Origin: Eledone cirrhosa | Taxonomy: Eukaryota | Assembly: GCA_964016885.1 (NCBI GenBank) | Contig: OZ024744.1 | Location: 51,894,001-51,958,000 of the forward strand | DNA length: 64,000 bases | Reading direction: 5' to 3' | Part shown: positions 1 through 12,712 of the stretch, one piece after another | How positions within the stretch are numbered: the first letter of the stretch is position 1 | Layout of the letters: the number at the start of each line of letters is the position of its first letter | The notes under the pieces: generated by a model | Database searches by the model: none | What the model was told of the DNA's origin: nothing | The model's input: only the letters and a program-made list of their open reading frames with translations | Program-made: the position numbers and the translations under genes

Positions 1-396
1 ATTGACGTATGCATTGATGTATGTATATATTGACGTATGCATTGATGTATGTATATATATATATGTTCGTATGTGTGTATGTATGCATGTATGTATGTAC
101 GTACGAATGTATATATGTATGTACGTATGTCTTTATGTATGTATGCCTGTATGCATCTATACGTAAGTGTGTGTGTTTGATGTGTGTGTGTGAGTGTGTG
201 TGCGTGTGTGGGTGTGTGTGTGTGAGTGTGTGAATATGTCACATTGAGAAAGATTCGATCCACGGATACGGCCGTTGTGTCACATTCTTGACAATGACGC
301 ATGAATTCATTCCAAACATTCCCTGGTTATGTTTGTAGACAGAATGGAAGTGAGCGCCAGCGTCTGGTTTTATTGGAGAAAATATAGGGAAGAGGG

Positions 397-706
<310 letters not shown>

Positions 707-1481
707 GGGAACTGTCGTCTCATTCTTTGTCTCATCCATCCAACATGTCAGTATATAGAAGTAAATAGACCTCCGTCGGTTTTGGACGAGGAGTCATATA
801 GTTGTTAAATTAACGTGCGAGTGGCTGAGCGTTACACCGACTGTATGCCTGCCGGGTAGGATCTCCGTCGGTAGCCACAATGAATGTTCCAGCTCATGCG
901 ACCAACGATAAAGCCTGGTCGTGTAATTAACGTGCAAATGACTCAGTATTCTGCAGACATGGGCACCCTTTAACAAAGTTGTCTGCGAGATTTAGTTTTG
1001 TGTAAAATATGACGTAAGATAATTGATTCATTGAATTACAAATACGGTCCAACCGGCAGGCCTCTACCCAATTTCACTCAAAAAGCATGGGATGAGACGA
1101 GGTTATGGTAAAAGAGACTTGTCCAAGACACCGCGTAGTGGGAACGAACTCGAAATCAACAGATTTTGAAAAGCGAAATTCTGAAACATTCGGCCGGCCT
1201 TGGTGCCTCGATGTAATATGTAAACGGTCTGATTTAATTTTTGAATGGTCATCTTGTTAATCGTCCAATGTTGATGCCCTGAAGGTTGTTAAGAATGATT
1301 TCTAGTATAGGCACAAAGCCATTAATTTTGGAGTGAAACTCCAGAGTAGAAAGGTTCACACCTTAGCCATGTTAAATGAGTATTTAAACTCTACTTCTAT
1401 AGTGAGTCCTCATCCTCACCATTTTCAATAATACAGCCATATAAACATATACATACATATATATATATGTATATATATGTA

Positions 1482-1522
<41 letters not shown>

Positions 1523-1535
1523 TTATATATATATA

Positions 1536-1569
<34 letters not shown>

Positions 1570-2007
1570 CATGTGTGAGTGTGTGTGTGTGTGTGTGCGT
1601 GTGTGTCTGTGTCTGTGTGTGTGAGTGGTATTTGTGTGTAAGCGTCCATGTTTACGTTTACGCCCGTATTTGCGTTTATGTCCTGTAATATAGCGGTTCG
1701 ACAAAAAGATATTGATGGAGTAAATACCAGATTTGAAAAGAAAGGACTTTGTTTGATATGATTGACTAAATCGTGGTCATGTCCCGCCATCGCTACCGTC
1801 TAATGACTAAAACTATTCAATGGATAAGAAAAAAAATGGATAAGAAAAAAAATGGATAAGAAAAAAAAAAAAGAATTATTTCGCTGACGTACAATTGATG
1901 TCTCACAGGAATTGAACGATTTAATTATTGATGCAATTTCTACCATTTCTTAATTTAAAATAAATCTTCTCGGACATATACATTGTTAGATGCTTTTGTT
2001 GGACCTA

Positions 2008-2310
2008 AGTCGGTTGCGACGACGAGTGTTCCAGTTGTTGAAACAAGAAAATAGCCTGCTCGTGAAAATTAATGTGCAAGTAACTGAGCATTCCATACCA
2101 CACATACTTGTACTCATAACATATTTCTCAGGGAGATTCAACGTCACTAATTGTGTGACAAAGCTTACCCTTTAATTTATAAGAGCAACGAAATTTTGCC
2201 AATTGAGTGCGTTTGAGCAAAGTGAAATAAAGCGGAAAATATGCTACTGGGAATCAAAGCTATGACGCCATGGTTGTGAGTCGAACACACAAACGACTAA
2301 GTCATGAATT
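2008..2310 (-). mobile_element. SINE-B-related copy (relatives at ~770-1000, ~4250-4850, ~33270-33550 on minus and ~60150-60375 on plus)
   Basis: Shared block AATTAA(C/T)GTGCAAGT..CTGAG.A.T...GGGAGATTCA.CGT..CA; decayed tRNA head at 2250-2310. Confidence 0.7.
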
Positions 2311-2960
2311 GTTTAGAAAGCTAGAGATAATAAGAAAAGAGATAATGAGAAAAGAGATAAGAAAAGTGTTACAAGTTAGGGCTTACTATATTTTCCTTGA
2401 CTGGACAATATCATTTTTTTTAAATATTTGAGTTAATTGTTCATTAAAATTTAATTATTTAAAGGTAAGAATCTCATTGAAAATCCATATTTTAATTATT
2501 AACTAATTACATTAGGACTGACCTACAAGCAAACTTTATACACACACACATACACGCGCGCGCACACGCACCCCGTCCCCACACACACACATAGTTGTTC
2601 ATTACTGAGATGTTTATCTGTCAGAGTTGCGTTCCGACATCTCATTGATAAAGAGGTGTATTCAGGTAAAGACACTCTACATCAGTCGTATATATCCAGA
2701 TGGCGATCAATAGCGATGGAGCTTCTTTGTATGAAATAACATTAAGACATATGTTATGAACACATAATCGTATTTATTGCATCATACATATTTCAGTGAT
2801 AACAGTGTACAGCCGTTATGCAACATTACACCAGCAACTGACACTGTTATCACCGGAACGGTTATTATGCAGTAAATACGATTATGTAACCATATCATCC
2901 GTCTTAATGTTATTTCACACATGTATATAATCGAGATGGTTCTATATTTGTATTTATAAG

Positions 2961-3029
<69 letters not shown>

Positions 3030-3134
3030 ATTGTTTCTACTCTTGGCACAAGGTCAGCAATTCACCAGTGTATAACTGGTACTTTATACTTTATACTTAA
3101 TATAATATAATATAATATACACATATATATATAT

Positions 3135-3191
<57 letters not shown>

Positions 3192-3253
3192 GTGTCTGTA
3201 TATATATATGTGTATATTATATTATATATATATATACATACATACATGCATGC

Positions 3254-3354
<101 letters not shown>

Positions 3355-3419
3355 TTTATATATATACGCACACACTCAAATATAAATTCAATTCAATTTG
3401 GCCTATTTTTAACAATCTC

Positions 3420-3900
3420 TTAAATTAAAAAAATGTATGGATTTTTGTGAAATTGATCTGGTAACCGTGTGTAGGAGGAAGTCATTATTTGGTAAGATAA
3501 ATCACGTAAGGTATATGTTGGATTATTTTGGCACTTAGAAAACAATTTACATTGATTTAACAGAAGGAAAATGTGAGAAAGGTGTTGGCAGAGACAATTT
3601 TTTTTTTTTATTAAATATTGCTTTGTAGAACATTTCAACTGTCTATTTAGTTGTACAAATGCTCTGAGACGAGATAAAACCCATGTGACATATTGGCACA
3701 GTGCCAAACCAAAACTACCAGAGGAAGAGTTATGGTATCTCTTCCGTGTTAATGAAGTAAACGTTGGGTAGAGTATATAATCTAATCCTTTGATTTTCTG
3801 GAATAAAGTATAGCAGAAATTTGGGAGAATGTTGTATTGGTCTTTGGTAGACGTGGGTGTCCTAAATTTCATCGATTAGCCATGGGTGGCTCTTCTGCTG
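3420..3900 (-). mobile_element. Possible highly decayed CR1-like ORF2 C-terminus
   Basis: Weak peptide echoes only (RRAT..., YTRLPD near a stop). Confidence 0.3.
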
Positions 3901-3903
3901 TTG

Positions 3904-3966
<63 letters not shown>

Positions 3967-4333
3967 ACACACACACTCACACACACATGGGCACAGATAC
4001 TGACACACACACGGGCACACCCACCCATACAAACACACGCACACACACACTGACACACACGGGCACACACACATATAAAGACAGATACACGCACGTATAC
4101 GCATGCACACATATACATGCACATATACATACGCACATACATGCACACACATAGACACACATCCACACAGTCACATGCATACACACATACATATATATAT
4201 ATATACAGTAAGACATACACATACACACATATATACACATGTATACAGTCGTTTTTGTTAAATCTTCATCGTTACCGATTATGAGTGTTCCAGTTATTCG
4301 TGAAATTAATGTGTGTAGTTAAGTGACTGAGTA

Positions 4334-4706
4334 TTTCACAAGAACTTGCAGTCTTCACGTATCTCTCAGACAGTTTCAGTAGGAGTTTCACAAGAACGTG
4401 AAGCCTTCACGTATCTCTTAGAAAGGTTCAGTAGGAGTTTCACAAGAACTTGCAGTCAGTCTTCACGTATCTCTCAGACAGTTTCAGTAGGAGTTTCACA
4501 AGAACGTGAAGCCTTCACGTATCTCTTAGAAAGGTTCAGTAGGAGTTTCACAAGAACTTGCAGCCTTCACGTATCTCTCAGACAGTTTCAGCAGGAGTTT
4601 CACAAGAACGTGCAGCCCTCACGTATCTCTCTGAAAGGTTCAGTAGGAGTTTCACAAGAACTTGCAGCCTTCACGTTTCTCTAAGACAGTTTCAGCAGGA
4701 GTTTCA
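4334..4706. repeat. 52-bp tandem repeat, ~7 units, alternating A/B subtypes
   Basis: Unit GTTTCACAAGAACTTGCAGCCTTCACGTATCTCTCAGACAGTTTCAGCAGGA. Confidence 0.95.
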
Positions 4707-5624
4707 GTGTGTGTTATGGTTGACCTTTAGATTTACAAGTACAACTCATTTTTCTAGGTGTGTTTACTGGCGGACAATGAAATAAAGTATCTTGCTCCAG
4801 GACGGAATGTGCCTCCGAGAATCTTATCCCAATAATAAGATCACATGAATAAATAAAGAGTTTACATTCTTTTTCATTTTTAAACTTTATTTATTTTATA
4901 ATTTAATATAATTAACAGCCAATAAATGAATCACAGTTGTGTGAATAACATTGCAAATATTGATGGAAATATGAAAGAAAAAGAAAAAAAAGGGAGAAAA
5001 ATGAAACCAAGCAACGAACAGAGGCGGAAGGGGTAAAGAAGAGCAGATCTGACTGCATAGGAAAGTAGGAGAAAGGGCTATAAATGCCATAAATGAGAGA
5101 AAAAGAAGGAAAAAGGCAAGGACTATGAGGCCACGATAGGGAGGGGGAATGAGAGAGGGTGATAGGCTCTATGTCTGCGGTGGGGAGGTGATTGGGCCGC
5201 GCGGACAAATCTGCGAAGGCCTTTCCATGGTCAGCCACCGAACAACACTGGGTTCCTTCTTCAAACGGGATGGTGATAATCCGATTTTACGGAGTAGTTT
5301 GGCAGTACTGGGTCCTCGACGGCAACCGGTGCGAAGAGGAAGCGGCCGGATAAACCCCGGTAATGCTTTACAATTGTAAAGCATTAAACTAGTTAAGAAC
5401 TTGAGTCCATCGCTTTCTTTGTTTTTATATGCTCTGTGTTTACATCTGACTTTCTGTATGTTTTCCCATAAAAATATCTCTCATTTCTTCCAACCATTAA
5501 ATACATAAATACATTGAGCTCTTTGTAAAACTATTTGGAAATTGCATACTCTCATATAGCTCTCTACATAGAAATAGAGTTATATATTTTTACCCTTGCT
5601 ATATATATATATATATATATATAT

Positions 5625-5687
5625 TTGCCAGGTGCTGCTATTAATTTAGACATGGCCAGGGCCAATACTGGCCGAAACCTATCAAAG

Positions 5688-5689
<2 letters not shown>
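5625..5689 (+). mobile_element. ~65-nt 3'-end fragment of the same CR1-like family inside (TA)n
   Basis: GCCAGGTGCTGCTATTAATTTAGACATGGCCAGGGCCAATACTGGCCGAAA is the near reverse complement of 27739-27790. Confidence 0.85.
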
Positions 5690-5766
<77 letters not shown>

Positions 5767-6664
5767 AATGGAAGTTTAGTAAAATCGAAGCTTCGGCTGT
5801 AGCTAAGCCAACGAAATACAATTAGGAATTATGCAGCCAAGCACTCCATGAGAAAGCGCATAGTAATAACATTCGCTAGACGGCATGAAAAATTGAAAAC
5901 TGTGGCAGGCAAGCCTAGTCACGACACCCAAGCAACGAAAAAACCAACAGGTTAATAAACAAACCTGGACCGTATCGGAGGCAGAGTGTTGTTTCTTCGA
6001 TAGGTTTCTATGAAATCCAAAATCAACAATCCTACTTGCGTAAGTATGTAAGTTGTTGGTGTTTGAAGATCGAACTGAGGATTTATGTTATCAACAGGTT
6101 TCCGTTCTGTTATTTGACCCGATGTGGTATGAAGTAGCAAGCCACTGTTGTTAGCAGCGGTTATGCCTCAACTATCAGGTGCCTCTACCCAGCAAGCGAA
6201 ATAACTCCGCGTTTTTGGCGGGCAAATTCAAATTGTGAACAATGGTTTTTCCACTCAATTAAGCAAATACCCTTGATATGTCAATCCAAATGAAAACAGA
6301 GCGCACACTAATACGTTAAATAGTGAGAAGAACGATTTCGTGTGGGTAGAGAATTAGATTCTGTCTTTCCAGACCAATTACTTAGTTTCACTACTCCATC
6401 GGCTGGAGATAGCCCGTATGGAGCTGGCGTTCACAGAAGATTAGATAAAGCTATTAAGCATTACGTAATTACGTAATTCGGTTAATAGTAATTCATCAGC
6501 AATTAAAATTCGCCTCTTCGGAAGGTCATGTTTTGAGATCGCCATTACAGTAGCAATCTTCACGCTCAGTGTCATGTGACAGTGATGTGAATGTATCAGG
6601 CACCTACTACTTCAAAACCCCGCTGGCACATTTTCTCAAGATGAACAAAGAAAATTTATATATA

Positions 6665-7410
6665 CTAGCTGATGTATCCAGCTTCGCCCGGGTAAACAGA
6701 TAAGAGAAAACAGGTAAAAGAAAATGACTATATTGGATGTTTGTCTGGTTACAGTATGAGGTGAGTCCGTGGTGTCTGTGTGATACAAAAAACAGTAAAA
6801 TAAATCTTCCAGATATACTAGATTCTTCGTTGTACCGTTTGTGCATAGTATATGACCAATTCTAGGTGGTCCCACCTAGAATAGTGACCTCTAGTAGATC
6901 GTTCATCTTCTGCCTGACTGTAAAACGTGTATCATTGCATAGACGTGGTTGTTCCACGTTTCTCAAAAGAATGATGGAACTTCCAATCTTTTATATTATA
7001 TGTAGATATAGATATAGATAATTAATATAAAAGATGATGCTTAGCCAGTTCGTCTTCAACCATCGCAGCACGCCGTCGCTGCTTGGCTCCAGTGTTTCAT
7101 TGGCGTTGTTCAGCCAGCTTCTCTTCATACATGGCGGCACGTCTTCGCCTCTGAAGTTCGGCGTTCCGATGGCGATGTTCGGCCCGTTTTTCTTTATTCC
7201 TGGCTGCACGCCGTCGCCGCTGTAGTTCACTGTTTGATAAAGTCGAATTGCTTTTACTTTCTGTGGAACGCTGCACGCACGCACACACACATAAACATAC
7301 GCGCACGTATATACACACGTACACATGGTAATAGTTACAACGTTCACTTTGCCTATCTGTTTCTTACTCTCCCCTCTCACTCCCTCATTCACATTAATAT
7401 ATTAATTTAA
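6665..7410 (-). mobile_element. Internally deleted Helitron relic
   Basis: 3' end CCCGGGCGAAGCTGG hairpin + CTAG|T; Pif1-helicase peptides KIGSSIILLRNVEQPRLCNDTRFTV and TKNLVYLEDL; Arg/Glu repeats (ELQRRRRAA) typical of RepHel N-termini. Confidence 0.85.
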
Positions 7411-7621
7411 GTTTGGCGTCGTTGAGGTGGGCGGAATCGTTTGAAACCTATGAACCAATGATAATCGAGAATTATGACACACGGAATACTGACATTGTTG
7501 AATTTAATATATAGATATACAGTATATTGCCAAATATACTATACATACATTCATGTATACACCGCTATTGCAGAGCACCAATACACATACCATAGATACA
7601 TATATACGTATTTGATATATG

Positions 7622-7728
<107 letters not shown>

Positions 7729-8180
7729 GATTACAACAGTGACATAAGCAGGTACTCAAGTTTCGTTGGGTTCTTGGCCACAATTCCTTCAACTCGCCAT
7801 GAGAAAAATAATAACAAAGATGACCGCCTGTGCTTTCCTTATAGGAATATAACATAATAGTTTACGCTGGGACAGGTAACTTAGAAACAATTTTAGAACA
7901 GGAATTTTTCTTAAAATTATAAGGTAAGATCAGGGTAAGATCAAGGAAGGTAACACTTGAGAGACGACAGTCAACTTTGAATGAAAATAGAAGCACAGTA
8001 ATTTCTTATAGTTGACTCAATATATCCAATTTTATTGAATTACAATATAGTCAGTAAATCCAAAAATACTTCTAGACCTCTTAACCAGGCCTAAGCCATT
8101 TATCCACAATATATTTCTTCACATGGGGACAATAGCCAAAGCAATCGGGCCGTGTGCTGAGGCAGTGCTTACATGAAGTG

Positions 8181-8226
<46 letters not shown>

Positions 8227-8230
<4 letters not shown>

Positions 8231-8735
8231 ACGAAACATAAGTCAATTGCATGAACTCATAATCCTTTATTTACTGCTATATATATTTCGATGATAGCCA
8301 TTAAATGGCTATGACCTCATCAGGCAGTTAGTCAGTTCTTAGATATGCCAGTTCTGTGTTGATGGTATCAGAGCCTTGAGACATATGAGCTTGTTAGGAA
8401 TAATTTAATGTTGTCAGCAGGAATAGTCTTAATTCTCATTGGTCTGTTTGTAGATGCTAGTAGGGTTGGTATTTGAACTTAAAGAGGCAGGTGGTGTTGT
8501 AAAATTCAAACCGTCAGGCAAGATAACAATAGTTCCATATGACTGATTTTCACAAAAAGCATTCCTGGTCAGATATATATTCAATTAAGGTTAATAGTAT
8601 GAAATCGATACTACAGGTCATTCTGAAATTGAGGAATTTATGTGGAGTGGTACTACTGAAAATTATGGTTAGAGTCCAATACTTAGATAGTTTAGAAAAT
8701 TTAGAAATAAAGGGCTTATGTGGGTTGACTTGTAC
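8227..8735 (-). mobile_element. Penelope-like 3' fragment/pLTR carrying a hammerhead motif
   Basis: PDGLN-like C-terminal peptide near 8505-8525, followed by the HHR at 8273-8328; bounded by (TA)n. Confidence 0.55.
8273..8328 (-). ncRNA. Type I hammerhead ribozyme motif (PLE-type)
   Basis: actgc CTGATGA ggtcatagccat-tta-atggctatcatc GAAA tatata TA gcagt: full core, stems I, II and III all formable. Confidence 0.85.
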
Positions 8736-8809
8736 ATACACTCACACCTATCCCTCAGACACACACACAAATCCATACAGGTGTGTATATATATATATGT
8801 ACGCACAAG

Positions 8810-8840
<31 letters not shown>

Positions 8841-8928
8841 CATATACATAAAATATATATATATAAAATATTTACATATATAAAACACATACACACATAA
8901 AATATACATACATATATATATATAAAAT

Positions 8929-9022
<94 letters not shown>

Positions 9023-9116
9023 ATAAATAAAATATATACATATATATACATACATACATATAAAATTCACATATATACACATATAAAATATATACATATA
9101 TACATATATACATATA

Positions 9117-9147
<31 letters not shown>

Positions 9148-9184
9148 AAGATATATATATATATATATGTATATATATAAAATC

Positions 9185-11335
9185 AGGTTCAATAAAACGT
9201 GGTTTTGGTGACTCCTAAACAGTAGAGGATCCGGTGGACCATCCACCATAGGGACCAGAAACTATGGGTGGTTGTTGTTGTCCATTGGTCATTGGTACGG
9301 GGTGCAGGGGACCTACAGGGGGGGTGCGTTGTGGGAGGCCTTAACCGGGGTTTATCCATATAGCTTGAGGAAAGACCCGTCCTTAGGTGTCTGCAGGCAC
9401 CGAATAAGTCGGCCCTTCTGTTTAATAGCTTGGTTCCGACATGAAGAATCTCGAGTGTCTCACTAAGGTAGAGGTTGCAAATACCAGACCCGCCTGTGTC
9501 TGCGGTAACCTTTCTAACCACGGACCAGACCAGAGAGTGCGGGGTCTTTTCAAGTTTGAGCTTCCAGATCAATTCAGAAAGGGCCGTACATTTCCTCTTA
9601 TCTAATCTGTTAAAGGAATGGCGATGGTTATACCACCTATCTGTGAAGCTCGTCGCCGTGGATCCTATGTAGTGGTGCTCCGAGTTAGGGTTATGACCTT
9701 TCACCTGTAGACTACGTTTTTCATCATGCATTTCATTACTAAGTGGGCATAGTCTCTGCAATTACATGACTTCTTAAGCCCACCACATGTACCGCGTGGT
9801 TACCATCACTCGGGGTTGGCTGGGTAGCTTCCGCAATCAGCACAGGGTCGTTGGGTTCCGGTGTGCTAGTTGGGCCTGTCCGGGTTCCGGTGCGTCCCGC
9901 GTGCTGGTTCTCTTGGGTGGCTCTGGGGTTTATGATGGTATTAGAGGCAGTGAGCCTATTTATGCCAGCTATGTGCTGGGCTACGGAGCGTGTGGTTGAG
10001 TAGGAAAGTTTCACCGTGTGCCTGTTGAATATTTTATGGTACGTGTGGGCCCTAGAGAAACATTTATCCAGTACTCTAAAGAATGTTCTAGCCAGGCTGG
10101 TACGTAGACCCACCGAGTACGGAGGGTTATACTATGTGACCTTCCTGGTCCTATTCTTGCGGGGTTGTTGGGTGTCCGCCGTGGTCCATCGCGTAGTTGT
10201 GCACAGCTCAGGTCGAGCTCAGTTGGTGTCACTCAGGTGTGCGGAGCAGTCACTATCATGAGGGTTATATGGGCCCACCATGGGGCTATAAACCTGCGAG
10301 GTGCGGCCTCCCTGCTCAATTAGGGTTCGGCGGGTGGTGGGGCCGGTGCAGGTGTGCCTATCCTCCGCAGCACAGTAGTCTTCAGCGTTGTAGGTATTAG
10401 ACCGGTAGGGTATGCGGGACCTTCTACCGGGGGTGGTGACTGATAGGGGTCTGGGAGTGTTACTACTGGTCACCGAGGTATTAGGTGGGCGACTCATGCC
10501 TCTGAGGTTATTGCTCCGAGGTACCCTTGGGTCATCTTGATCATGTCCCTTAGGGTTGTAGCTGATCCTATGGCTGTGGGACGCCTTGGCTAGCGCTGAG
10601 CTATAGTAATCAGCATTACTATTGAAGATCTCTTTATTGGCCGACAAGTTAGAGATCCTGTCAGAGAAACTTTTAACTACGGCCTTAACTATAGATCTAG
10701 GGTGATTAGACCCAGCGTCGATATACACCAGCTTCTCATTGGGTTTATGATATGGGTGGTGTTGCTTGGTGTTGAGGTTGAGGGTGGTGTCCAGGAAATT
10801 CACTACTTTTCTATTGGGTTACATCTCTACTTTATGTCCTACCTTGCTAAAGAAGGGCCTAATTCTCCTCTTCATATTTTCGACCATTGTGGTGCTGTGG
10901 TCCACGACGGTGAAGAGTGCATCGTCTCGGTTCAACGCGCCACCCAGGTTGGGTATTTCGCTCCTGATCTCGTAGAGTATGTATATCCCACCCAAGTCCG
11001 TTAGCTGTGCGGAGTCACTGGAGCCCATTGTAATGTCAAAATTATTTGGCCAGTCGCTCCGGGTCCATATGTCCCCACCGAATCGGATCAAGGTCTTTCT
11101 GGTGGTGTATATGATTCGGACCTCGTCGCGTGTTAGGTCTGTCCTATTCATCGCGAATATGAGTGCCTTGTTCAGGACTATGGGCGAGATAGAGGAGTAG
11201 TAATTATTGATGTCTAGTTGTATGAAGCTAGTCCTATGTTTGTCAGGTAAAAATGTAAACCAGTCCAGCACCTGGCTGGTGCAGGACGAGAGTTGTAATC
11301 TTATTTTACTCTTAAGTGTGGGCAGGATCCTATCT
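9185..11335 (-). pseudogene. Penelope-like element (RT + GIY-YIG), 5'-truncated and frameshifted
   Basis: FIQLDINNYYSSI, ITMGSSDSA, NRDD (YRDD-like), NFLDTTLNL, YHKPN..LVYIDAGSNHP, KIFNRHTVKLSYS, GIY-YIG region YIGSTATSFTDRWYNHRHSF, ALSELIWKLK; abuts (TA)n. Confidence 0.93.
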
Positions 11336-11354
11336 AAAGAATTAGATTTACATT

Positions 11355-11432
11355 AGTGAGGTTGTGAGTTCGATTCCTGGACCGGGCGATGTGTTATGTC
11401 CTTGAGCGAGATACTTTATTTCAAGCTGCTCC
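11355..11432 (+). mobile_element. SINE-B 5' fragment
   Basis: GTGAGTTCGATTCCTGGACCGGG...GTCCTTGAGCGAGATACTTTATTTC. Confidence 0.75.
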
Positions 11433-11513
11433 TTCTAGGAGTTGAGACCGATAGATAGTATTAGCAATTATAAAGACCAACGGAAACATTGTTTCCTCGG
11501 TCCTATTTGACTG

Positions 11514-11572
<59 letters not shown>

Positions 11573-12123
11573 CTACCAAAAGTTTACGGTAGTGTCCAAT
11601 CCGTATGAAGAACTCAATGTAATCCGGATATCATGAAAAGAAGAGATGCATTCAAAAATAACTTTCGGTGAAAGATAAACGGAATACAGAGTCAAGATAA
11701 AATATTTAAAAAATAATGAATAAACAAAGAAACAGTTCCTTATATTAAACAAAAAAAGTTCATTATTTTACGATCGTTTCTAGGACATATATGTGTTAGA
11801 GTTGGTATGCATATTCAAAAGATCTATGTACAAAATTATACAAACTATCAAAGAGAATATACATACCTTCACATATATATGCTGTCTTCAGAAATAATCT
11901 ATATATATATATATGTGTGAAGTAATTCCGTCGGAAAAGTCCAGGAAAAAAGACTGCTCTATGTAGGTAACAGAGCTTAATAGTTATGTAATAAACAACA
12001 TAAGGCAATTATTCCATTTACCAGAGGTTTCTTAAAAGCAAAAAATGTTGCTTTCAATCATCAGAATGAAAAAAATCCTGGTCTGCGAGACCAGGATTTT
12101 TTCATTCTAATGATTGAAAGCAA

Positions 12124-12410
12124 AATTGAGAGAGGTGATGTCCAGGGTAAAGAGAAGGCGGGAGGGGCCAGGAGGGAAGGAGAAGGAGTTAAAGAGTCTA
12201 AGGGCACGATTTGTATCGTGGATGTGGGAAGGGAGATTGACGACCAACGGGGCGAAGAGAGTTTCTAAGTATTCAGAGATGATTTTGGTGGGGCAGTTGC
12301 ACGCGGAAATGATAGGATGGCCGGGAATATTTTGTTTGTGTATTTTGGGGAGGAAGTAGATATTGTGTGTGCGAGGGGTGGGTACTATAAGGTTGGTGGC
12401 TGTATGGGGT
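12124..12410 (-). mobile_element. Penelope/Neptune-like RT N-terminal fragment
   Basis: IYFLPKIHKQNIPGHPIISACNCPT...HIHDT...LLFTLDITSL. Confidence 0.88.
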
Positions 12411-12507
12411 AAGTACATACATACATATATACTTACATGCATACATGATGGCTGCCCCCTCGTTATTGAGTATGGCCATTGCACGATATACCATTATTAA
12501 TAATTAT

Positions 12508-12712
12508 TAGGGCGGTGAATTGGCAGTATCAGTAGAGGGTTGGACGCCATGCTTTCTAGCATAGTTACGTCCCTTTACAGTCTGAGTTCAAATCCCACCG
12601 AGGTTAACTTTGCCTTTCATCCTTACGGGTCAATAAAATAAAGTACCAGTAATGTACTGGGTAAATGGTGGCCTTGTGCCTAAAGTAGAAACAATTGTTA
12701 ATAATTATTAAT
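12508..12712 (+). mobile_element. SINE family A (tRNA-derived, Meta-like central domain), full length
   Basis: GGCGGTGAATTGGCAG head, B-box GAGTTCAAATC, ACTTTGCCTTTCATCC...AGTACCAG core, tail GGCCTTGTGCCTAAAGTAGAAACAATT. Confidence 0.88.

Noticed and set aside
5150-5390. Possible DIRS tyrosine-recombinase C-terminus
   Set aside because: Only a vague RFVR echo; no catalytic motif recoverable.
9190-9260. Hammerhead in the 3' region of the large Penelope element
   Set aside because: No CUGANGA/GAAA core could be fitted.
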